From Candidatus Moranbacteria bacterium UBA1362 (GTDB taxonomy: Bacteria; Patescibacteriota; Minisyncoccia; Moranbacterales; GWC2-37-73), in NCBI GenBank assembly GCA_002306085.1, contig DBRS01000017.1, positions 1,482 through 65,481 of the forward strand: DNA of 64,000 bases, in the 5' to 3' direction. Below the pieces are notes generated by a model. The model had not been told where the DNA came from, did no database searches, and saw only the letters and a program-made list of their open reading frames with translations. The position numbers were made by a program, and so were the translations under genes. Below are positions 29,570-39,483 of the stretch, piece by piece (within the stretch, counting starts at the first letter, position 1; every line of letters starts with the position of its first letter).

Positions 29570-31309
29570 TCAGCTCACGCTTAATCCCTGCGGTGAAGCC
29601 GGAGCGATCTCATCTCCCGAAGTCGTTGCGCCTTCGATCCAATCAGGGTCTCCCAAAGCGTTTTGCAAAATTGAAACATCAGCAAGATTCAGGACTCCTT
29701 CAACCCAATCGTTATCATCTGGGTTTGTCGCTCCGATGTAAGAAGGGATCGTAACGTCATCAAGATACGGATGTCCGCTTCCGATTCCGCCGTTTGAAAT
29801 GGTGGCCGAACCCGACACCGCATGCTCTTCACGAGTGATATAGCGGCTTGATCCGGAAGTGCCGCTCATCAAATTGTCGATTCCCTCAGAGCTTGCTTTG
29901 CGATAATTGCCGGAAATTTGAGGATAATTTGTCTCCCAATTGGAAATGAGCCCTATATCCCTGTGTCCGGGCGCGACCAAGTCCGCATTCCAAACGTCAT
30001 TGTTATTGTCAGGACGATAAAGATAGTTGTTTTTAAAATGGAAATCGTTCAGATTAAGAACCGTCGAATCGTCATAATAAGAAGCGCAACCGGAATCACC
30101 GGTGTTACACATATAGTCCCTAAAGCCCACCTGCCTGTTCCGATCACTGTCTACAAAGTTATCGATAATATTGTTATAGGTCCAGTCTTTGCGAAATGCC
30201 ACATCTCCCGCAGGATCCCAAAAATAATACTTGTTGCTTGTCGTGACGTATGAAAGAGAATAGTGAAGCCTCTTTACGTAATTATTATATATGCATGAAT
30301 AGAGCGGAGCGTAATCTCCGGTATACCCCACGCTTATATGGCTGTCCGGAATTATATTGTTGTAAATTTGCGCCAGATCCTGATTGGTCTCTATCATTTC
30401 CGACCCCAAAACAAGATTATGATGGATCTTGTCGCCGAAATGCTTGCGTGATTCCGTGATTGTTCCATTCACGGCGTGCGGGATTATTGTCTGACCAGCC
30501 TTGTGTTTGAAAGCTCTCGTCGACCTGTCGGTTGTTTCTTTGAAAAGGTTGTATCTGACAATATTCCTTGCAATCAAAGAATTTTCATTATAAGCCCCGT
30601 CAGCCAAAACATTTGTTTTCGAAATGAGCTCATATGAAACCGCATAGTCGCTCAAAAAAACTATCTGCGCGCAATTTGTTCCCGCGGTATCGGACGCTCC
30701 ATTGGAATCAAAAAAGTTATATTCAATCACCGAATCCATCGGGACATTGGCATAGATTCCGGCAGGATTATCTCCGCCAGTACCGGCATAATTGTCGTGT
30801 ATGTAACAATACCTCACAGTAAATGGACCGCCGGAAAGAGCGATTCCGGCGTTAGTCCCTCCGGATATCTCCAGACGCTCAAATCTCCAATATTTGACAC
30901 ATCCCGGTCCGGGACATTGGTTTTGATATGCTCTTAGTCCGATGACGCACCAGTCTCCGGAGCCCTGAATACGCGCCCATTCGCCGGGATAGGATTGTAT
31001 GGAGCTATAATCATCGGCGGTCCCGTCAGCTTTTATTTCAAACGTCTCGCGCCCGTCTCCCGAACTCGCATAAGTTCCGCCGCGAAGGTATATGTCATCC
31101 CCTCCTGCCATCGCGTCAAGGGCGGCCTGCACGTTCACGTATGCATCGCCGTCGCTTCCGCCGCAATTTCTGGCAGCGGTTGAATAGTTGCCCGACGTGC
31201 AATTTGCCGCAAGCGTCTGGTCGACATAAATATTCGCCGCTTCGGATTTTCCGGCAAACGCAAAAACACTCAGCAACGCGAAAAAAAATAATATCTTTTT
31301 TTGGTTCAT
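29570..31309 (-). CDS. Secreted right-handed parallel beta-helix protein 2 (paralogue of 27863-29464)
   Basis: signal peptide MNQKKILFFFALLSVFAFAGKSEA; beta-helix repeats; shared N- and C-terminal motifs with paralogue. Confidence 0.7.
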   Translation of the reverse strand: MNQKKILFFFALLSVFAFAGKSEAANIYVDQTLAANCTSGNYSTAARNCGGSDGDAYVNVQAALDAMAGGDDIYLRGGTYASSGDGRETFEIKADGTADDYSSIQSYPGEWARIQGSGDWCVIGLRAYQNQCPGPGCVKYWRFERLEISGGTNAGIALSGGPFTVRYCYIHDNYAGTGGDNPAGIYANVPMDSVIEYNFFDSNGASDTAGTNCAQIVFLSDYAVSYELISKTNVLADGAYNENSLIARNIVRYNLFKETTDRSTRAFKHKAGQTIIPHAVNGTITESRKHFGDKIHHNLVLGSEMIETNQDLAQIYNNIIPDSHISVGYTGDYAPLYSCIYNNYVKRLHYSLSYVTTSNKYYFWDPAGDVAFRKDWTYNNIIDNFVDSDRNRQVGFRDYMCNTGDSGCASYYDDSTVLNLNDFHFKNNYLYRPDNNNDVWNADLVAPGHRDIGLISNWETNYPQISGNYRKASSEGIDNLMSGTSGSSRYITREEHAVSGSATISNGGIGSGHPYLDDVTIPSYIGATNPDDNDWVEGVLNLADVSILQNALGDPDWIEGATTSGDEIAPASPQGLSVS

Positions 31310-31315
31310 TTTTAT

Positions 31316-31969
31316 TTAAATACTTTTGGATTTTTTCTTCCTCCATTTTTCAATTTCACCGTGATTCCCGGAAAGAAGAATTTCGGGCACTTTCCAGCCA
31401 TTAAAAATTTCCGGCTTTGTGTATTGAGGATATTCAAGATAACCTTCCTTGCTGTGAGACTCGATAAGAGGACTTTGTTCGTTGCCCAAAACGCCCGGAA
31501 TCAATCTTGCAATGGAATCAACAACAACCATTGCCGGAATTTCTCCTCCTGTCAAAACAAAATCTCCGATTGAAATTTCCTCGCCGGCAACATGCTGGGC
31601 AACTCTTTCATCCACTCCTTCATAACGTCCGCAAATCAAGATTAGTCGGTCATATTTGGAAAGCCTTTTCACATCTTTTTGTGTGAATCGCTTTCCCTTT
31701 GCCGAAAATAATATTGTTCTTGTTTTTTGGCTTTCGCCCTGCGATTTTATGGACTCTACAACTTTAGATATCGGCTCAACCTTCATCACCATTCCGGCGC
31801 CACCGCCATAAGGAGTGTCATCGACTGTTTTGTGCTTATCCGTGGCATAATCGCGCAAATTATGGACATTGATTTTCACCGCCCCAGCCTTTCGGGCGCG
31901 CTTGATGATGGACTCATTGAAGTATGAATCGAAAATTTTCGGAAAAATTGTTATTATGTCAAAATTCAT
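31316..31969 (-). CDS. trmD: tRNA (guanine37-N1)-methyltransferase
   Basis: SPOUT knot motifs ([14 protein letters not shown]). Confidence 0.9.
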   Translation of the reverse strand: MNFDIITIFPKIFDSYFNESIIKRARKAGAVKINVHNLRDYATDKHKTVDDTPYGGGAGMVMKVEPISKVVESIKSQGESQKTRTILFSAKGKRFTQKDVKRLSKYDRLILICGRYEGVDERVAQHVAGEEISIGDFVLTGGEIPAMVVVDSIARLIPGVLGNEQSPLIESHSKEGYLEYPQYTKPEIFNGWKVPEILLSGNHGEIEKWRKKKSKSI

Positions 31970-32083
31970 GCCAGATTTTAAAAATTTATTCTTAATTTTT
32001 AACCATAAATCAATTAAATTTTAGCATATTTCCATGCGCTTTGAAAGCTTGCAACTGTTTATGATTATAGCTAATATTATTGA

Positions 32084-33523
32084 ATGGAAATCGACAGCTT
32101 TAAACAATTTGAAAAATTCCTCGCTTCGCACGTGCCGCCCAAAGAGGCAGTTTTTAAGAATGACGCCGGAATAAAAAGAATGGGATATTTTATGAAGCTT
32201 TTGGGAAATCCCCAAAACAAAATCAAAGTTATCCATATTGCCGGCACTTCAGGAAAAGGATCGACCGCATATCTCACAGGCCACATCCTTTGGAGTCAGG
32301 GCTTTCGTGTCGGACTCTCGGTTTCTCCGCACATTCTCGACATCCGTGAAAGAATGCAAATTTTCGATCTGCCTAGAAAATCAAAACCGCAAGCAAGAGC
32401 AAAAAACACAAGATGCGCAAGCAACCTGCCAAGCAAGAAGCTGATTTTAAAATATTTCAGCGAGATACAACCTACCATCAAAGTTATGGGAAAAAGCAAA
32501 TACGGACCGCCAACTTTTTTCGAAATTTGCATCGGACTTGCTTATTATATTTTCGCGAAAGAAAAACTCGATTATGCCGTAATGGAGACGGGTCTTGGTG
32601 GAAAAATCGACGCGACCAACTGTGTTTCCCGCAGGGATAAAGTAGCCGTAATCACGAGAATAGGACACGATCATATGAGTCTTCTGGGAAACACGATATC
32701 GAAAATAGTTAATAAAAAATGCGGCATAATTAAAAATCAAAATTCAGTAATCAGCATAAGGCAGAAGGCGGCGAACATCATCAAAAAGAAATGCGAAGAA
32801 AAAAATTCCGATTTGTTTCTGCTTGATAAGAAAAATTACAAAATCATTTCTGCAAATGCACAAAAAACTGTCTTCGATTTTCAATTTTTCCCTTTTTCCA
32901 AAAAAGGAATTAGAGAAGCAGAAAAAAGAGAAAATTTAAAAATTAAAAACTTGAATCTTGGACTGATTGGAAAACATCAAGCAGAAAACTGTTCGCTTGC
33001 GCTTGCCTGCCTTTGCCTTCTTTCAAAACGCGACAGGTTCAAAATAAATGAAAAAAATCTTCGGAAATCGCTTGAAAACATAAATATTCCCGGCCGTTTC
33101 AACATTCTGAAATATTACGGAAAAAAAGTAATCATTGACGGCGCGCATAATAAACAAAAAATGGGTATTTTTACTGAAAATCTTTCGAAAATTTACTCTG
33201 GCAAACAGTTTGACTTTATTGTCGCGTTCAAAAAAGGAAAAGATTTTCGTTCTATGCTAGAAAAAATAGTTCCGCTCGCGGAAAAAGTATTCTTATCGTC
33301 CCTTTCAATCGTCAATGGCAAAAAGTCCGTTGACTCTGTAGAAAATGATTTGGTATCCAAATACCTCCGGATGAGAAAATTTGAGAATTTTAAAATCATA
33401 AAAAATAATAGAAAAGAAATCATAAGCGCAATCAAGTCATCAAAAAATCCTGTCGTAATCACAGGTTCCCTATATTTTATCGGCTCGATTTATCCCTATC
33501 TTATTAAAAATAATCCTTCTTAA
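32084..33523 (+). CDS. folC: Mur-ligase-family folylpolyglutamate synthase/dihydrofolate synthase-like protein
   Basis: P-loop HIAGTSGKGST, Mur ligase middle and C-terminal domains. Confidence 0.65.
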   Translation: MEIDSFKQFEKFLASHVPPKEAVFKNDAGIKRMGYFMKLLGNPQNKIKVIHIAGTSGKGSTAYLTGHILWSQGFRVGLSVSPHILDIRERMQIFDLPRKSKPQARAKNTRCASNLPSKKLILKYFSEIQPTIKVMGKSKYGPPTFFEICIGLAYYIFAKEKLDYAVMETGLGGKIDATNCVSRRDKVAVITRIGHDHMSLLGNTISKIVNKKCGIIKNQNSVISIRQKAANIIKKKCEEKNSDLFLLDKKNYKIISANAQKTVFDFQFFPFSKKGIREAEKRENLKIKNLNLGLIGKHQAENCSLALACLCLLSKRDRFKINEKNLRKSLENINIPGRFNILKYYGKKVIIDGAHNKQKMGIFTENLSKIYSGKQFDFIVAFKKGKDFRSMLEKIVPLAEKVFLSSLSIVNGKKSVDSVENDLVSKYLRMRKFENFKIIKNNRKEIISAIKSSKNPVVITGSLYFIGSIYPYLIKNNPS

Positions 33524-33529
33524 AGATAC

Positions 33530-33562
33530 AAAAACCCTCCGACTAAATCGGAGGGTTTTCAA
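33530..33562. terminator. Bidirectional rho-independent terminator (folC + / KH gene -)
   Basis: AAAAACCCTCCGA-ctaaa-TCGGAGGGTTTTC. Confidence 0.7.
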
Positions 33563-33576
33563 AATTCAAGTGAGAA

Positions 33577-33918
33577 TTATATGCTGCCAATCACATCATC
33601 AATGCTCTTTTTGTCATTGTTTGATTCGGCAGGTTTTGCCGACCTTTCGCCTCTTGTTGAACCCTCAGGTTCATTGATTTTGAGGTTAACGCGAGCATTG
33701 TTTCTTGCACCGATCACTCTCAAAATTGTGCGAAGGGCTTTTGCGGTCTGACCTTCCCGGCCAATTACCATTCCCATGTCCTGAGGATTTACATCCAGCG
33801 TAATGAGAACGCCCATTTCATCAATTTTTCTCTCAACCTTCACATCGTCAGGATTGTCGACGAGCGCCTTGACGGCAAACTCCAAAAATTCCTGATCTGT
33901 GGCTCTTTTGTCTGTCAT
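33577..33918 (-). CDS. KH-domain RNA-binding protein (UPF0109/YlqC-like) with basic C-tail
   Basis: KH GxxG loop VIGREGQTAKAL. Confidence 0.75.
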   Translation of the reverse strand: MTDKRATDQEFLEFAVKALVDNPDDVKVERKIDEMGVLITLDVNPQDMGMVIGREGQTAKALRTILRVIGARNNARVNLKINEPEGSTRGERSAKPAESNNDKKSIDDVIGSI

Positions 33919-34065
33919 AAGAGTACTTCTTTAATTACTGATTAAGAACCGAGAAGATAGGATGAAGCAGTCGACCAAACCGTTTTCATCGATCTTCCAT
34001 ATTATAATTATAGTCTATTTTTCATATTTTGTCAAACTTATCCACAACCGCATCAAGCTTTGGCG

Positions 34066-35481
34066 CTAATTCTTCCTTTTTTTGAATAAAGTTAATACTG
34101 TTTTAAGACAAATCTGAATGTCCAACCAAAGAGACCAATTTTCAATATAATAAACATCCAACTTATACTCGTCTTCAAATTCAAGATCGCTTCTACCGGA
34201 AACCTGCGCCATACCTGAGACTCCGGGCTTTATCGTAAGAAGACGCCTGTGATATTCGTTGTATTTCTCCACCTCTCTTTCCTGGTGTGGACGCGGCCCT
34301 ATAAGACTCATGTCTCCCCTTAAAACATTAAAGAGTTGGGGAAGCTCGTCAATGGAATATCTCTCAATAAACGTTCCGACTTTCGTCTTCCGGGGATCAT
34401 TTTTGATCTTATATAACGGTCCCTGTTTGATGGAACGTTCGGCAATCAATTTTTGCTCAAAATCGAGCGCGTCTTTGAGTTTTTTGTTTTCCCTTGTCAC
34501 GCAATATTCCCATTTCATGTAGCGAAACTTGTAGACGAAAAATTTCTTTCCGTCACTGCCGATTCTTTCGTTTTTATATATTATCGGACGGCCGGTTTCA
34601 ATCCATATCGCCAGAGCCGTGATAAGCATTACCGGAGACAAGATTGCTATCAGTATGGCTGATGCGACAATGTCAAATGCTCTCTTGAGTATTCTTCCCC
34701 ATCCCTCGAGAGGAGTGTGCTTTATTTCTATGATCGGCTCTCCGCCAAAAATTCCGGTTTCGAAGCGCGCGGTCTGAAGCGTCGTCGGAATAAATTTGTA
34801 TGCAATATTGTTTATCGCGCAGTAATCTATGAGCTTCTCCTGTTCAGCATCCGTGAGCGAAGGATCACACACTATTATTTCATCGACACCTCTTTGCTCC
34901 TTTATATCCTTGATCGCATGAATGCTTGCGCTGTCTATGTGTTCCACTATTCTGTATCCAAGCTGCGGATTGCCGCTGATCGTGTCTATCAGCCTGTCTA
35001 TTTTCCCGTTGCGCCCGACAAGAAGCAACCTATGCACTCCAAGACCTTTCTTTTTTAGGAGCCATTTTTGAGCTTTTTGAAGCAGATAGCGCGCGGTCGT
35101 CACATACAGAACCGCCAAAAGCCATCCCGACAAGATTATGAAACGGGAAGAAAACCATTCTCTTTTGAGAAATATTGCAACAATTATCGCAACAAGACCG
35201 ATTGAAGTAGCAGAAAAAATCTTGAGCGATTCCTTCCAAAATCTTCTGGTCACTCTTAGATCATAGAGGCCTTCCAAGGCGTATATCAATATGAAAAAAG
35301 GAATTATCATTGAAACAACGACAAGGTAGTCGTTGAACGGAAATTTATAAAGTTTTGGCTGCAAAGTAACAACTTGCGGAATGTCGCGGATTGCAAATGC
35401 GCTGATGGCCGCAAGCATTATCATTGCCATATCAAGCGGAACTTGTATGGCACTGAAGAATAATTCGGATCTTTTCTTCAT
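34066..35481 (-). CDS. Polyprenyl-phosphate sugar phosphotransferase (WbaP/EpsB-type bacterial sugar transferase)
   Basis: N-terminal TM bundle; C-terminal bacterial sugar-transferase domain (…PGVSGMAQVSGR…). Confidence 0.8.
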   Translation of the reverse strand: MKKRSELFFSAIQVPLDMAMIMLAAISAFAIRDIPQVVTLQPKLYKFPFNDYLVVVSMIIPFFILIYALEGLYDLRVTRRFWKESLKIFSATSIGLVAIIVAIFLKREWFSSRFIILSGWLLAVLYVTTARYLLQKAQKWLLKKKGLGVHRLLLVGRNGKIDRLIDTISGNPQLGYRIVEHIDSASIHAIKDIKEQRGVDEIIVCDPSLTDAEQEKLIDYCAINNIAYKFIPTTLQTARFETGIFGGEPIIEIKHTPLEGWGRILKRAFDIVASAILIAILSPVMLITALAIWIETGRPIIYKNERIGSDGKKFFVYKFRYMKWEYCVTRENKKLKDALDFEQKLIAERSIKQGPLYKIKNDPRKTKVGTFIERYSIDELPQLFNVLRGDMSLIGPRPHQEREVEKYNEYHRRLLTIKPGVSGMAQVSGRSDLEFEDEYKLDVYYIENWSLWLDIQICLKTVLTLFKKRKN

Positions 35482-35587
35482 ATAAACTGCGATTATAAAA
35501 CACTAATCAAACCACAGACAAAAACTAATGAAAAGCTTAGTTTTTAATGCCAGTACTTGCTTCTTTAGTGTTTATCCTTTGAGAAAC

Positions 35588-36016
35588 AAATCATCAAGAC
35601 AACCTGTAAGCCGGATTCTGTCATCGTGCCTTGCGCGAACAAAGCACGGCGGACAATCATTTATCTTGATCTACCGTTGCCGGCAGATTCCAGCGGCACT
35701 CCCCGATAAATCGGGGCACGGCCTTGCACCACGCAGGGTTTGCCATCTTTCATTGTCGCCAATGAAGAACTTCCGTAGCAAAAGTATTTCGCTAATCAGC
35801 TGATAGAGCGAAAACTTGCACACCGAAAAACTTTTCACCTTTGCCCGACGCATGGCGTCGGATAGTATAGTCTCTGTGGCACTTTCCCTTCTGCGATGTC
35901 GCCATCGCAGCGGTGGGCATTACCCACTGCGCATAATCCCGACAAAACGAGAATGGTGTCCGGACTTTCCTCTCCACCCAAAGCGGAGCGATTGCCCGGT
36001 TGCCTTGATGATTTAT
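35588..36016 (-). ncRNA. rnpB: RNase P RNA (bacterial type)
   Basis: minus strand GGUGGAGAGGAAAGUCCGGACACC (P4 5' half), ...ACAGAAUCCGGCUUACAGG (P4 3' half); 17-bp P1 helix AAAUCAUCAAGGCAACC / GGUUGUCUUGAUGAUUU; GC-rich island in AT-rich DNA covered only by short conflicting ORFs. Confidence 0.8.
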
Positions 36017-36137
36017 TCTTCAAAGAACCGACTATTGTATTATACCACAACCGGTTAAGTATATTAAAAAATCCCATTTTTGTCAATAGGAAACACTAGA
36101 AAAATGCCTAATATAAGGGAAATTTGGCAAGCCAACC

Positions 36138-38021
36138 TCAATTTTTGTCTCCAAAATACCATTCATAAATCTCTTTCGTGGCTGGAACGGCGCTTGAATT
36201 CCCGTCGCTTTCACCTTCGGAAAGAATCACCAATGCGATTTCGGGGTTGTCATATGGCGCGAAAGAAACAAACCATCCATGGGTTTTGTCTTCGGATCCG
36301 AATTGCGCGGTGCCTGTTTTTCCGGCAACCTCCACCGGCAAGTCTTTAAGTGATTGCGCAGTGCCGTCCGTGACAGTTTTTCTCATTCCTTCCTTGACTA
36401 CATTGATAAAATTTGCAGAAGCAAATCCACTCCGAATAATTTCCGGCTCAAGTTCGATTGTTTCGCCGCTGTTTTTTTTGATTTTAGAAACAATACGAGG
36501 CTTATACAGCGTTCCGCCATTGGCTACTGCGACAACATAGTTGGCAAGCTGAAGCGGAGTTGCTGCCACATATCCCTGTCCGATCGAAGCATGATAGCTG
36601 TTTCCTATGGTCCACCTTTCGCCGATCTTTTCTTTTTTCCACTGCTCATCGGGGATAAGCCCTTCGCTTTCTCCACCGATATCAATGCCCGTTTTTTCTC
36701 CCAGCCCGAAAAGATTGTACCACTTCTTCATTCTGCTTATGCCGAGTCCCTGAATATTTCCATATCCACCTCCGATGGTATAGAAAAAAATGTCATTGCT
36801 TTCAGCGATTGCGGTTCTGACATCGCTGGGCCCGTGCACTTTCCAGTCCCCGAAAGAATAACTTCCAATTCTGAGAACTCCTCCAAGTCCGTCTATTATC
36901 GTCGAAGGTGTTATTACACCTTCTGAAAGAGCTGCTACGGAAATTATGGGTTTTATCGTGGATCCCGGCGGATATTCTCCCGAAACAGCGCGATTGAAAA
37001 GCGGTTTGTCCGGATCCTGAATGAGCTTGCTATATTCTTCTCCCGATATTTTTTTCGCAAAAAGATTGTTGTCAAAGCTTGGCAAATTTACCACCGCCAA
37101 AACCCCGCCATCTCTTGGGTCTATCGCGACTGCGGCTGCCGTTTTCGTTCCGGTTTTCTCAAGTATCGCATTCAGGCTGTCATATATTTTTTTCTGCAGT
37201 CCGCTGTCAATGTTAAGAATCAAATCATTTCCGGGTTTCGGATGAATTATACCAACCTCACGCTTCATGTTTCCCATGGAATCGACCTCAATCTGATTGG
37301 CTCCGTGAACGCCCCTCAGATGCTGCTCATATGATTTTTCGATTCCCTGTTTTCCGATATAGTCGGTGAGCAGATAGCCTTTGTTTTGCTCGAGTTCTTT
37401 CTTTTCAATCTTCCCTTCATATCCCAGCACGTGTGAAAATATGGCGCCGTCTATATATTCCCTGATAGCCGTCTTCTCTATTCCGATTCCGGGAAGTTCA
37501 ACCGCCTTTTCAAGAAGCATCAAAGATTCATCTTGAGATATGTTTTCCTTTAGTAAGACAGTGTTGAACGATTTCGACATATTGCTTTCCAACGCTATGC
37601 GCACTTCTGCCTCGTTCATCCCGAGTATCGACGAAACTTTGTTTGATATTTTTTTCAACTGCGCGCTGTCGCGCGGAATGTCACCAGGCACAATCACCGC
37701 ATCGATGCTCGGAACATTATTGACAAGCGGAACATTGTTTCTGTCAAAAATTCTTCCCCTCGGAGCTTTCATGACGACAGACCTTATGCTGTTTCCTTTT
37801 GAAACTTCCCTGTAATATGCACCTTTTATTACATTGAGAAAAATCACCCGGAACGCGAGAACAACCATAAGAAAAATCACCAGCCAATACAAAACATCAA
37901 ACCATTTTTTTTGGAACGGCTTTTCCATCCTGGCAGCCTCCTTCTCGGTAGCAGTCAGCACATAATCCTCTATTTCCAATCCGGATGGCATCTTGTTCGT
38001 TTTTCGAGCACCTTTAAACAT
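36138..38021 (-). CDS. mrdA: Penicillin-binding protein 2 (elongasome transpeptidase)
   Basis: PBP dimerisation + transpeptidase domain (SxxK STIKP, SxN, KTGTA); adjacent to mreBCD. Confidence 0.82.
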   Translation of the reverse strand: MFKGARKTNKMPSGLEIEDYVLTATEKEAARMEKPFQKKWFDVLYWLVIFLMVVLAFRVIFLNVIKGAYYREVSKGNSIRSVVMKAPRGRIFDRNNVPLVNNVPSIDAVIVPGDIPRDSAQLKKISNKVSSILGMNEAEVRIALESNMSKSFNTVLLKENISQDESLMLLEKAVELPGIGIEKTAIREYIDGAIFSHVLGYEGKIEKKELEQNKGYLLTDYIGKQGIEKSYEQHLRGVHGANQIEVDSMGNMKREVGIIHPKPGNDLILNIDSGLQKKIYDSLNAILEKTGTKTAAAVAIDPRDGGVLAVVNLPSFDNNLFAKKISGEEYSKLIQDPDKPLFNRAVSGEYPPGSTIKPIISVAALSEGVITPSTIIDGLGGVLRIGSYSFGDWKVHGPSDVRTAIAESNDIFFYTIGGGYGNIQGLGISRMKKWYNLFGLGEKTGIDIGGESEGLIPDEQWKKEKIGERWTIGNSYHASIGQGYVAATPLQLANYVVAVANGGTLYKPRIVSKIKKNSGETIELEPEIIRSGFASANFINVVKEGMRKTVTDGTAQSLKDLPVEVAGKTGTAQFGSEDKTHGWFVSFAPYDNPEIALVILSEGESDGNSSAVPATKEIYEWYFGDKN

Positions 38022-38024
38022 TTT

Positions 38025-38540
38025 CTAACTTTCTATCTTAAAAAATTCTTTGCACTTTTTGATGACAAAAAACCAGAAGAAAAACAAAACGAAATTATGC
38101 GCGAGTTGCCAAACAATGCCGGCTGGTGAAGCAAAAATTTTCCAGAATCCGTTCAGTGAAAGATTTCCCCATGAGTTAACAAGAAAAAGAATTATTCGCG
38201 AAAAAATTGTCACCGAAACGACAAAAACAATAAATAAAACAATTCTGACGCCTTTCGATTCCATCGTGAAGCGTCTTGAAAAAAAACTTACAAAATAGAG
38301 CACCGGGAGAATGACAAGCACATGCATCCCGATCGGAGAATAACTTATAATGTCATACAGCAGTCCCAGCAGGATAGCCCAGGGGAAAAAAGCGAAGAAG
38401 CCGTCCAGGATTGACCACGCGAGTGCCGCCATAATAACCGAATCACCCGGCATCTTTGTTTCCGTTACTACCGGAATGACGCTTGTCTGAAACAAGATAG
38501 CAATCAAACCTATGAATATGTAGACTAACTTCTTTTTCAT
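38025..38540 (-). CDS. mreD: Rod shape-determining protein MreD
   Basis: small polytopic membrane protein directly after mreC. Confidence 0.6.
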   Translation of the reverse strand: MKKKLVYIFIGLIAILFQTSVIPVVTETKMPGDSVIMAALAWSILDGFFAFFPWAILLGLLYDIISYSPIGMHVLVILPVLYFVSFFSRRFTMESKGVRIVLFIVFVVSVTIFSRIILFLVNSWGNLSLNGFWKIFASPAGIVWQLAHNFVLFFFWFFVIKKCKEFFKIES

Positions 38541-38576
38541 GGGCTTCCTGTTTTATGGAAAAATGCCGATGTTTGC

Positions 38577-39389
38577 CTATTGCTTAACTCCCTTCACGAC
38601 GAAAACTATCTTCAATTTTGAAGGCTGAATGGGTGAAATCACGATGGCTTGTTGAAAAAGATGATCGTCCGACGGACGGACTTCCTGCACTTTTCCGACA
38701 TAAAGGCCGCGCGGAATTTCTCCGCCTATCCCGGAAGTCACAACATTGTCGCCCGCTTGAATCGAATCAGTCTGCAAAACCATATCAAAAATGATTCCAA
38801 GCCCGTATTCTCCTTTGGCAACACCCTTCGAACTGTTTTCAAGAGTCATTGCGTTCACCGCACTTGTGGGATTAGTCAAAAGAATTACTTTGGAACTTTT
38901 CAGCCCCACATCCTTAATTTTTCCGACCAAAATACCTTTGGAAACTATTACGGGCATCCCTTCGGTCATCCCATCTTCGCTTCCGCGATCTATTTCAATC
39001 CAGTTTCCGGAATTACCCGGATCCTCGCTGACTATAAATGCGGGAACAAGATCGTATCGCGCGCGCGGAAGAAGATTCAGTTGTTCGCGAAGAAGCTCAT
39101 TCTCGTTTCCAACTTCCTTAAGAGACGCGTTTTCCGCAACCAATTCCTGCTTTTCACGGATGAGTTGCTCATTTTCTTTCTTGATTTCACCGATAGAAGA
39201 CAGAAAATCCATTGTGTTTTGAACGTTCACCGAAAAAGAATAAAAAACTTTCTGAAAAGGTAAAGTAAAAACGCTTAATCCGGAACGGATCGAATTGGAT
39301 GCGGAAACCGGATTAAAATAGACAATCAAGCCGAAAATGGCGGAAGCGACCAGAACTACAAACAGTTTTGTTTTGGTAAATCTTTGCAT
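38577..39389 (-). CDS. mreC: Rod shape-determining protein MreC
   Basis: N-terminal TM, coiled coil, C-terminal beta domains; downstream of mreB. Confidence 0.75.
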   Translation of the reverse strand: MQRFTKTKLFVVLVASAIFGLIVYFNPVSASNSIRSGLSVFTLPFQKVFYSFSVNVQNTMDFLSSIGEIKKENEQLIREKQELVAENASLKEVGNENELLREQLNLLPRARYDLVPAFIVSEDPGNSGNWIEIDRGSEDGMTEGMPVIVSKGILVGKIKDVGLKSSKVILLTNPTSAVNAMTLENSSKGVAKGEYGLGIIFDMVLQTDSIQAGDNVVTSGIGGEIPRGLYVGKVQEVRPSDDHLFQQAIVISPIQPSKLKIVFVVKGVKQ

Positions 39390-39424
39390 AAGCCGATTCG
39401 AAACTGCAAATCAAATACAAATCT

Positions 39425-39456
39425 ACGAAAATATTTAAATCTGCTTCAGCAGATTC
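39425..39456 (-). terminator. Hairpin/terminator downstream of mreB
   Basis: AATCTGCT-tc-AGCAGATT followed by T-rich tract on minus strand. Confidence 0.45.
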
Positions 39457-39483
39457 AAATATTTTATAGGCTCGTATCGGTTA

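Noticed and set aside
27863-29572. Possibility that the shared C-terminal P-x-G-L-x-V-S tails are truncated Fn3 domains exposed by alternative genetic code (UGA recoding) or read-through
   Set aside because: The three proteins stop at TAA, TGA and TAG respectively, and at least two are followed by terminators or the next gene. All three stop types are clearly used as stops, so the standard code applies.
35528-36099. Eight short ORFs (60-91 aa) on both strands in the track
   Set aside because: They overlie the RNase P RNA gene; GC-rich structured RNA produces spurious open frames.
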